A stretch of 63,327 nt of DNA, filler included, from Phoronis australis (taxonomy: Eukaryota; Animalia; Phoronida): assembly GCA_002633005.1 (NCBI GenBank). It is 9 parts of 9 records of this genome, joined end to end, with 100 filler letters (N's around TTAATTAATTAA, not from the genome) between each part and the next. Parts side by side here need not be neighbours in the genome. Positions count along the whole stretch, not along the records: positions 30,640 to 39,571 come from NMRA01000274.1; positions 39,672 to 45,269 come from NMRA01000948.1; positions 45,370 to 47,761 come from NMRA01000662.1; positions 47,862 to 52,713 come from NMRA01002475.1; 5 more parts are not named here. One strand, 5' to 3'. Positions 39,154-49,323 of the stretch are shown here, piece after piece. The translations under genes were made by a program, and so were the position numbers. Numbering within the stretch: the stretch's first letter is position 1; the number at the start of each line of letters is the position of its first letter. The notes beneath the pieces are model-generated. The model saw only the letters and a list, made by a program, of their open reading frames with translations. It had not been told where the DNA came from and did no database searches.

Positions 39154-41786
39154 CTGCAAGAAAATAACCCATAAATCTTCAAGCAGAATTCTTAATAATA
39201 GCACTGTAGATAGCGACATTCAGAATAATTCCATGAAAAATGATGAACGACAATCATAACAAGAGCAACGCAGAGCGTTGAAATGCGCCCACAATTGCAC
39301 CGTATACGGTATCCTTCTAGGGTTGTTTATTGGTACCATAAAGTGGCCAGTAGAGGGCATATATGTAGTATGTTGTACTTTGCAAAATGGAAAGGCATGG
39401 TCATTGTCTCCTCAATAGGCTAGGGGCAAAATGTGAGTGATCTTCATAATACAAGCACATCCTATACATCAGTTGCTTAAAGCACCACAGAAACATAGAA
39501 TTAAAAACAAATTTACCAACATACGAGATTAGCACAGCATTAGAATGCCAGAAACAAATTTCTACTTGGAANNNNNNNNNNNNNNNNNNNNNNNNNNNNN
39601 NNNNNNNNNNNNNNNTTAATTAATTAANNNNNNNNNNNNNNNNNNNNNNNNNNNNNNNNNNNNNNNNNNNNCTTCAAAATATCAGAAACTTTGTTCCAAA
39701 ATGAACTACAGTTTGGGAAGTCATATCTTCATGACCAATAACCTGAAATTTTGAAATCAAGGTCAAACATTTTTTAGGCGCGAGAAGAGCGGTGCAAGAG
39801 CATGTGAGGAAAACTTGCCTCAGTGGAGTTCAAATTGCATTCGTATATTTGCGATTCGTTGACCGAGCCCGGCAATATCACCACCATCCGGTCGTGGATA
39901 ATCTGTCGTATCAGCATCTGAGTCAACGCCAGTATCTGAAACAGCTCTCGGTTTTTAAAATAATCCTTAGGCTTAGCGGTGTTTCGCTTTCGCGCTGCAG
40001 ACGACATTTCTAAGTATGTAGAATGCGCATGTCAATCGGTAACGGAAGCCAGGATAGAATTCACTAACGTAAGGACCAAGCTAGGTAAACAAGACTGTGC
40101 GAGATTACGCGAGATATTACCGCTTGATGTCAATGAGAGCACGTGATTTTGGCTCCAAGACCGTGACAGCGCGAGACACATATATTTTGAATTTTCTCAG
40201 TGACGTCACCCGCTGTCCCAAATATTGGAATACTCCCCTGAAACCGCAAACGTCACGCACGGCCACTGCCAAAGTTGAGTTTGCGAACGGCTTGGGAGAT
40301 TTTTAGAGGGAGTATACGTCACAGATACAATGTTCATGCTGCCAACGAAACGAACGAGATGAACTCGGTCAATCTCAATGGGCCGGTTGCACCAAAAGTG
40401 ACCAATAATATTCATCTAAGTGAGAAATACACAAACAACAACCAATGAGAGCCATCAAAAGTAGTTTCATGTAGTTTCTGTCAAGCATAATTTGAACCAG
40501 TGAAGACCTTATTAACGACTACGACGACGCCTTTTTTACAAAGTAAAGTCTATATTTTTAAAGTGGTCGGTCGCGAGAGCTTTAAACAGGACGCTGGATT
40601 TTTAAACAGAACGCGAGACATTTAAATAGGACGCACGCTCGGCCAAACAGGACGCCGGGACACGTTAAAAGTGGTCGTGGAGAACACTGGCTAATACGGA
40701 TTTTCCTTCCGTGCCTCTTGACTTTGTGACGCATCGTTTCCTTACCCTGACAATGAACGCACACAATCGCCGTATCACCTCGTCAAAAAGACATTTTACA
40801 GTAAAAATTGTCTCTTAACAAGGGCTTAGTACTTTCTTCAGCGATCCATTCTGGTTGTGAAGTCTGTTAAGATATTCTCAATGAAGTGGAAGCGTGTCTA
40901 TATGGATTAAGATGACTTTGGCAAAGAATTCTAATTCCTCTTATTTGGTCACCATTAACGTTTTCACCACTCGCGATAACAGAACTTCAATGTGACGTCA
41001 CATGAGTTAGGCAACAACAAGAGAGAGACTGAACGATGCAAGTGACCTGACACATGACACCCCGAAAAGTAGCATGAGAAGATATCCAGTGGAATTCATA
41101 AGATTTGAGTCCCTGGGACTTTTTGTTTGTCAACAAGCGTGATTTCTTGTAACTTCAAAAGACACCCGGTGAGTGAAGCTTGAGTGAACTACGGCAGATT
41201 GTTCATGGACATGTTCAAATTATGTTAACTAAATTGTCTCCAGAGTCATGGTATATACATATACACATTTTTTCGAAGTTTCTCAGTAAATTTTGAGATA
41301 TGGAGTAACTTTCTATGGGGGTAAGCTATGTAGTCGTAGTGTTGCAGTAGAGCCACCGAATTTATGCAAACTTGCAATTAAGCGTTTTAGACTACAGTGG
41401 GACACTAGTGGCCAAGGCATCATGTCATATATCTGAGTTTTCAAACGGTGAAGTACGTCACATTACTGCTTGGCACAGCGGAGAACCTCTATCAGTTTGT
41501 CTACCCATATTTTAGCATGAAGTGGGGAAACTTTACTGAAGGACACTGAATATATTGGGAGTCTACGTCGAAATGTCATGCGTAATTCTGGCAAATAAAT
41601 AATTCACGACAAAGAAGCTATATCTGGAAATCTAACTCAAGTACACCAGGGTTCTAAAAGAATCAAAAGTTGCTTGATTACGACGATTTTGAAAGCAATA
41701 AACGATCGGCTGTACAAACCATGATGGCTGCCGGAAGAAAAAGGAATCTGTAAGTAAGTGCGCAGAATCAGGAACAACATCCGGTT

Positions 41787-41816
41787 ATGGAAGGAGGTGT
41801 GATTGTTACGTCGGAG
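41787..41816 (+). CDS. VPS52: VPS52, candidate first coding exon (MEGGVIVTSE)
   Basis: ATG plus 9 codons ending at GAG|gtaaac, phase 0, compatible with the exon at 42798; a single N at 41867 lies between them. Confidence 0.45.
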
Positions 41817-41978
41817 GTAAACAATTTTCAAAATTTTTCTTATCTTAGCTATTTACTGATCATTGNGTTTACAGACTTTGATGAAGATAACTTTCCAGTA
41901 CACACACTGTACCTTATTTAATATGCGGCCCATCGTGCAGTTGTTGATGTTACCGAGTCCGTATTGACTTCTATGGCA

Positions 41979-42741
41979 TAGCCAGCCAGCTAGCTGTATG
42001 AAGACTGTCGTCAAAATACAGCTAGGTCCCACTGCGTGTATTTCTTCCGTAGACAGCGAAATTGCACACAGCCGAGGTAGTTCTGCTCATTAACGCACCA
42101 TGAAACTTGTATCAACATGTAAAGCTAAAGACCGGATGGTGTGCATGCATAATCTGGGAGTCAACCGACACTCACCTTGCCCGTTACAGCCGTTTTAGTG
42201 AAAAACAATGCAATAAACTTCATTTTCTTGCGTAACTCTCTGCCTTTTCTAACAATGAAAAGTATTTCGTCGTTTTGAAAACAGTACGCTCGTGTCACAC
42301 GCACGCGGCTTTTTCCTAAATTTTTGCGACATCTCTCAGGAGACAATGATAGCTTGGAAGCAGCAAAATTTCTTCTGAAATTCGATTTTTCGGTACCAAA
42401 ATTCTAAAAACTTTTAATGAGGTGAAACCAGTTCTGATAATTGGTTGTGACGTGTACGCAACCTCGTGAAAGAACAACAGTTGATTGAAGAATCGGCGAA
42501 AAAAGAAACTGGCCAATAAAATTTCATGGCACCGAAAGCGGTCGCTAAAGATCGCTCCACAACTTTAGCAGCAGAATAACGATAGAACACCATTTTTACC
42601 AACACCGTTAAATAATTTAAATTACTCAAGGAAGACTGTAGTTTTTAATGACGCTAATTTTGTGTCAGATTTTATCTTACCACTTTTTTACCCGCATTTG
42701 TGCAAAGCTATATATTTATATACAGCTTTGTACCAAGGCTA
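41979..42741 (+). mobile_element. ~760-bp interspersed element (tagcc...ggcta), copy 1
   Basis: Colinear with 57204-58886 and the reverse complement of 59492-60244. Confidence 0.85.
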
Positions 42742-42797
42742 AGAAGTTCTATGCTAACTCGCTCAGCTCATCTCTGTTTCATCTTTTTACATTTCAG

Positions 42798-42879
42798 GTC
42801 CTTCCTCCACAGCTGGGGGATCTCAACCTGGGTGAGCTTGATCTGACCTCCCAAGATTTTCTTCTGGATGAAGTTGATG
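42798..42879 (+). CDS. VPS52: VPS52 (GARP/EARP subunit), N-terminal exon
   Basis: ttttacatttcag acceptor and G|gtatgg donor; LGELDLTSQDFLLDEVD resembles VPS52 LGELDITSDEFILDEVD. Confidence 0.8.
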
Positions 42880-42894
42880 GTATGGATNTGTTAC

Positions 42895-43061
42895 CTTCTA
42901 AGTAAGCAAATTTCCCGTATTCTTTTACGATGTCCGGTATCACCTGGTGGTCGCCCACATAACCATTTCCCTCTTCTGCAGGATGCACCCATACTGTGCC
43001 GCCATCAGACACATAGTAGAGTTCATTAAAGAGTGCCGACTTGTACCAGGCAGGCAGTTTA
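42895..43061 (-). CDS. GBA2: Non-lysosomal glucosylceramidase (GH116), internal exon
   Basis: tttgtag acceptor and G|gtaac donor; LPAWYKSALFNELYYVSDGGTVW...EYGKFAYLEG matches the GBA2 motifs LPAWYKSALFNELYF.DGGTVW and YGRFGYLEG. Confidence 0.9.
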
Positions 43062-43369
43062 CTACAAATTAAGTAGGTCAAATAGAAATGATTGAAACTA
43101 AAAGCTTCAGTTTAAGTCCAGTCAATGTGAAAACCAAAGTCCCGTTATATCGGTACACTTTAAGCCAGAAAACAGATGATCTTGAAGATGTCTGATGTCA
43201 CTTTGGTTATCCATAGCTAAGTTGCTTTCACACTGTTCCTTAAAAGTGACATCTGGTGCAAGAACTTGGAAGACAAAAATGATAATAGGAATGTTCTGGC
43301 AAGCGAAAAATTCAAGGAATCTGCAGCAAAATCTCACAATTTCTCACTGGACAAAAACACGGGTGAGAA

Positions 43370-43530
43370 ACAACATGACCGCCGGTCCTCTTAAATCGGA
43401 CCGCCTCACCCAAAACAGGACCTCCGGGGATCAAATGGGACCGTCGCACCAGAAAATGGGACTGACGCACCTAAAAACATGACCGCCCCACCAGAAAACA
43501 GGACCGCCGGGGACTGAACATGACCGCCGG
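43370..43530. repeat. Degenerate short GACCGCC-containing tandem repeat entering an N gap
   Basis: Recurrent aaca(t/g)gacc(g/t)cc units. Confidence 0.6.
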
Positions 43531-44211
43531 NNNNNNNNNNNNNNNNNNNNNNNNNNNNNNNNNNNNNNNNNNNNNNNNNNNNNNNNNNNNNNNNNNNNNN
43601 NNNNNNNNNNNNNNNNNNNNNNNNNNNNNNNNNNNNNNNNNNNNNNNNNNNNNNNNNNNNNNNNNNNNNNNNNNNNNNNNNNNNNNNNNNNNNNNNNNNN
43701 NNNNNNNNNNNNNNNNNNNNNNNNNNNNNNNNNNNNNNNNNNNNNNNNNNNNNNNNNNNNNNNNNNNNNNNNNNNNNNNNNNNNNNNNNNNNNNNNNNNN
43801 NNNNNNNNNNNNNNNNNNNNNNNNNNNNNNNNNNNNNNNNNNNNNNNNNNNNNNNNNNNNNNNNNNNNNNNNNNNNNNNNNNNNNNNNNNNNNNNNNNNN
43901 NNNNNNNNNNNNNNNNNNNNNNNNNNNNNNNNNNNNNNNNNNNNNNNNNNNNNNNNNNNNNNNNNNNNNNNNNNNNNNNNNNNNNNNNNNNNNNNNNNNN
44001 NNNNNNNNNNNNNNNNNNNNNNNNNNNNNNNNNNNNNNNNNNNNNNNNNNNNNNNNNNNNNNNNNNNNNNNNNNNNNNNNNNNNNNNNNNNNNNNNNNNN
44101 NNNNNNNNNNNNNNNNNNNNNNNNNNNNNNNNNNNNNNNNNNNNNNNNNNNNNNNNNNNNNNNNNNNNNNNNNNNNNNNNNNNNNNNNNNNNNNNNNNNN
44201 NNNNNNNNNNN

Positions 44212-44897
44212 NCTACTGGGTACCGTATGCGCTACTGGGTACCGTATGCGCTACTGGGTACCGTATGCGCTACTGGGTACCGTATGCGCTACTGGGTACC
44301 GTATGCGCTACTGGGTACCGTATGCGCTACTGGGTACCGTATGCGCTACTGGGTACCGTATGCGCTACTGGGTACCGTATGCGCTACTGGGTACCGTATG
44401 CGCTACTGGGTACCGTATGCGCTACTGGGTACCGTATGCGCTACTGGGTACCGTATGCGCTACTGGGTACCGTATGCGCTACTGGGTACCGTATGCGCTA
44501 CTGGGTACCGTATGCGCTACTGGGTACCGTATGCGCTACTGGGTACCGTATGCGCTACTGGGTACCGTATGCGCTACTGGGTACCGTATGCGCTACTGGG
44601 TACCGTATGCGCTACTGGGTACCGTATGCGCTACTGGGTACCGTATGCGCTACTGGGTACCGTATGCGCTACTGGGTACCGTATGCGCTACTGGGTACCG
44701 TATGCGCTACTGGGTACCGTATGCGCTACTGGGTATGGTATGCGCTACTGGGTACGGTATACGCTACTGGGTACGGTATGCGCTACTGGGTACCGTATGC
44801 GCTACTGGGTACCGTATGTGCTATTGGGTACCGTATGCGCTATTGGGTACTGTATGCGCTACTGGGTACCGTATGCGCTATTGGGTACTGTATGCGT
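44212..44897. repeat. 19-bp minisatellite (ctactgggtaccgtatgcg) x ~36
   Basis: Perfect head-to-tail copies degenerating at the right end; runs into the N gap on the left. Confidence 0.97.
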
Positions 44898-45919
44898 TAT
44901 TAAAAACCATATGCACAATTCTCCAAAGTGTTGTTAGAAATAGCATTTAAAATAATCCACTTTGCAAGAGGAGCTATTAAAATTAGGACTTTTATGATTT
45001 TCATGAAAAAATCAAAAGTTCTATGGAAACAATTTTTCAAAACAAAACAATAATTTAGAGAACTGTAACAGTGTTTTTGAGATATCATCTTGACCAATTA
45101 TATCGAAGAAAAGTCGGTCAAAAGACATCAAAATGATGCTGTTGTTTTGTAACATGTGTTCCTTTCTTTTTTGCTAAATTTTACTAAAGACATTAAATAA
45201 CGTAGAAAATAAATCTGAAACTAAATAAGGCGATCCAGATCCTCCCAAGGATACTATTGTTTCACGAAANNNNNNNNNNNNNNNNNNNNNNNNNNNNNNN
45301 NNNNNNNNNNNNNTTAATTAATTAANNNNNNNNNNNNNNNNNNNNNNNNNNNNNNNNNNNNNNNNNNNNGATTTTGAAAATAGGGTGTCCAAAATGGGGT
45401 TCCCAATATTCCAGGGCGTCCATGATTCCGACGCGTAACCCCCCACCCCCAGCAATACCCCCAAACACACAGATTTTTTTTACAAAAAATGCACAGATCA
45501 AGGTTTTTACATCTAAGTTTATAAAACAGCCTTCTATGGTGAACATTTTTACTAAAAAAAACTGTGTAGACCAAGACTTTTACAATGCTGTGTCAAAATA
45601 GCAACAATGCATATACTTTGTATATATATTGCATATTTCTTCCTGCTTTGAAAAAAGAGCCCCCACTGTGAGCCTTCAGAGGCTTCCTAGTATTGATAAC
45701 AATGTGTGAGTCCAAACTTGAAAGGTTCCTATTGACAGTGGGCTCCAAATGATACATTGGGGTCCTTGCCAGGGCCTCCAGATTAGTAGATTAGTGCTAT
45801 TTGGACGCCCAGGACGTACGCTGCACAAAGGCCTGCGTGGACCATTTACCGACAAAAAAAAAGCCGAAGAACTAAATAAACAAACGAGGTGCCACATCCA
45901 GAGCTGTGAATTGTGCGTT

Positions 45920-46054
45920 TGCGCCTTTTTAGTGGACTTTTTGTCTCGTTTTCTAGGAGTTTTTGTTTCTCTGAGGCGGACCTTTTTGTCCACCTCGCCA
46001 AATGGGGGGGGGAGGGGCTCGTTTGAGCCCCCCGAGCCCCCTGGGTGCGTGCAT
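45920..46054. mobile_element. Partial CATG-family MITE
   Basis: ggactttttgtctcg...gaggcggaccttttt...ctgggtgcgtgcat shared with the other copies. Confidence 0.7.
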
Positions 46055-47016
46055 AAGTAATGCTAGCACCTACACATAGTGTACCTAATAATCGAACGGA
46101 CCCTAAATATCGGACATTTCATAAAATCTTACTTGAAGCATAATCTGAGAATTAAATGACACCAATTTTTGTTCCGCTGTAGTGCATTCTATGTCCGGCA
46201 CCGTCTCCTTTTTTACAGCATTGCCTTGTTTTAATTTCACCGAGAGAGGGTGTAATTTAGACCCCCAAGTCAGCCTGAAATGGACGATCGCATAAATCAG
46301 TTATAACACTTGAAAACAAACTCCTTTTCCACAATGAAATCATCTCCTTGAACTGACAATATGTCACTGTTTCGTTTTTTCATTTATTTTTAAACTCAAG
46401 TCAAACCCCGACTGCGCACGTGCGTGTGTCATATCATGAAGGCTTTAGTCGTCTGCACGGATTCATCGAAACGTGTTGTCATCAGATTTCATGTTATGGA
46501 TACTTTTGTTGCGAATGGAGTGTTTTAGCAGCATACGCGAGCTGAAATTTAGCTACAAGGTGCCCGCGGCCATTACTTGGTTAGTCAGTTTTCCGGCGTG
46601 CGGCGTATGGGGAAACGCGGTGTCCGATATTTAGGTTCTCCAAAGGTTTGCTAGTTGTGTTTTTTAAAGACCAGTCAGAACATAAATGTGGCTTTCAGTG
46701 ACAAGATACAGTAACAGAACAATTCCATAAAGGTAAATCTTTATTTCAGCAAAGAATTTACAACAATCTGTAGTATTTTCAATTAAATATAATGCAAAGT
46801 GTGCCAAAACGTCTGATAATTGGGTCACTTGACTGTATGCTACTCGCTAGGACCTAACTAAAATGTAGCCAAAATCACGCGTTCTCATTTAAAATACACG
46901 GCAATATCTCACACAATCTAGGGAGGACAACGTTTTTTTAATTTTTTTTACAATACCCATGTGTCATACATTTTTGAAGAGCCCTTGGTGTGAGAAATGA
47001 AATGGTGCAAAAATCA

Positions 47017-47761
47017 TGTTCAAATACTATTGTTCTTTAGTTCCTGCTATACATTAGCATAGATGATGTTCAAATACCATTGCCGTTTAGTTTCTACTAT
47101 ACATTAGCATAGATGATGTTCAAACACCATTGCTGTTTAGTTCCTGCTATACATTAGCATAGATGATGTTCAAATACCATTGCCGTTTAGTTTCTACTAT
47201 ACATTAGCATAGATGATGTTCAAACACCATTGCTGTTTAGTTCCTGCTATACATTAACATAGATGATGTTCAAATACCATTGCCGTTTAGTTTCTACTAT
47301 ACATTAGCATAGATGATGTTCAAACACCATTGCCATTTAGTTCCTGCTATACATTAGCATAGATAATGTTCAAATACCATTGCCGTTTAGCTCCTGCTAT
47401 ACATTAGCATAGATGATGTTCAAATACCATTGTTCTTTAGTTCCTGCTATACATTAGCATAGATAATGTTCAAATACCATTGTTCTTTAGTTCCTGCTAT
47501 ACATTAGCATAGATAATGTTCAAATACCATTGCTGTTTAGTTCCTGCTATACATTAGCATAGATGATGTTCAAATACCATTGCCGTTTAGCTCCTGCTAT
47601 ACATTAGCACAGAGGATGTTCAAATACCATTGCCGTTTAGTTCCTGCTATACATTAGCATAAATGATGTTCAAATACCATTGTCGTTTAGTTCCTGCTAT
47701 ACATTAGCATAGATAATGTTCAAATACCATTGTCGTTTAGTTCCTGCTTTACATTAGCATA
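47017..47761. repeat. 50-bp minisatellite x ~15
   Basis: Unit tgttcaaataccattgccgtttagttcctgctatacattagcatagatga with few variants; truncated by a linker. Confidence 0.97.
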
Positions 47762-48599
47762 NNNNNNNNNNNNNNNNNNNNNNNNNNNNNNNNNNNNNNN
47801 NNNNNTTAATTAATTAANNNNNNNNNNNNNNNNNNNNNNNNNNNNNNNNNNNNNNNNNNNNGTTCTGCTGAAGGCGCCGGCAGTGAAGTACTGCACTCCT
47901 TCACAGGCTACTTTCAGTCATGGTGGCGCTGTGTCATTGGGTAGTGAACAGCCAGCCGCCTTCACAGTATTTTAGTTGTCTGTGGTAGTGACGTACCTAC
48001 GTGACGGACGGGTACGGAGAACCATACAACTCGCAACAGGTCACCAATCAGTAGTACCGGATATTTAATCCGTCATCAAATTCCGAGCGGCCCTCAAATG
48101 AAATCGTGTTGTGGATCTAGAGATTTGTTAAAGGACGCAGTGTGGTCTAAGTGCCGATCGCGGTTTCGAGTCCCACTGGGCCACATTGCTAGACCAGCTG
48201 AGTCAGATGTCTAGCTCCTCAGTTCGGTTTTTTAACTATATATTAATAAAGCATAAAAATTTAAATATGGTTCCAAGTGATCAGTGCAATGGGCCCGGCC
48301 ACCTGAGCGGCCTGTGCAAGTCTGGTTCAACGCCTGTACCAGACCGTCCGTATGTAATCATTTTTCCATAGAGGCTTTGTTCTGTTTCTACCAGAAGTGT
48401 CGGGATTTAAATGTCTCGAAAATCCTTTAACTGGACATAGAGTCATTCTTCAACAAGGATGGACGAACGCATAACCAACACCACAGTTTATGTTAATCAC
48501 GTTGCGCATCTGCAATGTGTTTATTGGTGATGTTAATGTTTTGTAATATAATGAGAATAAATTCGGGCTCTTGTTGTCATTTACTAAACTTATTGTTCG

Positions 48600-48802
48600 A
48601 AGTGAGCGAAAAGGTCAGTCCACCTCAGAGAAGCAAAAACTCCTAAAAAGTAGAAAACGAGACAAAAGCCCACTGAAATGTCGGAATTACCAAAATTCGG
48701 CGAATACCCAATCTCTGAACATAGGCCATACCCCGTGAATCCTAGTAAAAGGTCCACATCAAAAATTCGAGCCCCCCACTTTTTAGGCTGGGTGCGCGCA
48801 TG
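48600..48802. mobile_element. Partial CATG-family MITE
   Basis: Ends gagcccccc...ttttaggctgggtgcgcgcatg, as at 29357-29390. Confidence 0.7.
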
Positions 48803-49084
48803 TTGTTTGTGAAAGAATTATACAGTGAAATAAAAAGACAAGAAACATTCTGCCAATCACTTTTATTGTTTCGGCATGTTCGCAATCATACGCTACGACA
48901 TTTGTTTCATTCAGCGATTTAGTTACAGCGTTAGACGTGGAATTTAAAACTATTTGCAATGCATAGTTCAAATTTAGTTCAGCTTAAATGATCAAACGCG
49001 ATACTGAGGTGGTTTTTAACCCGTGTTCTTCAAGTTTGTAAACAGGAAACACGATTTTCTTTACATTTGGCCATAAAACCGGTG

Positions 49085-49323
49085 CACGCGGGCAGGCCCA
49101 GGCTAAAATACAGGGGGGCTCGAATTTTTCGGAATGCCGACCTTCTACTGAAATAAATCCACGAGGACTAAGAAAAAACTATCGGGGCCACTAAGTTCAG
49201 GCCGACGCACCGTGAATCAGCGCCGACTTCTTGTGAATTTTGTGGAATTTGTCTCGCTTACTCGGACTTTTTGTTTCACTAAGGCGGATCTTTTTGCCCG
49301 ATTTGCCCCTGGGTGCGCCCATG
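49085..49323. mobile_element. CATG-family MITE
   Basis: Internal sequence shared with 54670-54920; flanks cggtg/ccgtg. Confidence 0.75.

Noticed and set aside
43122-43337. Possible upstream GBA2 exon
   Set aside because: The peptide does not resemble the GBA2 segment expected before LPAWYKS, and there is no convincing donor.
43520-44950. Long repetitive ORFs (RYWVPYALLGTVCATGYRM)n
   Set aside because: Translation of the 19-bp minisatellite plus an N gap; all frames give the same peptide.
47017-47761. CRISPR-like array (also 44212-44897 and 53377-53570)
   Set aside because: Head-to-tail units with no unique spacers, no cas genes, and a eukaryotic context.
48135-48190. tRNA gene
   Set aside because: Only a B-box-like ggtttcgagtccc is present; no complete cloverleaf, so at most a SINE remnant.
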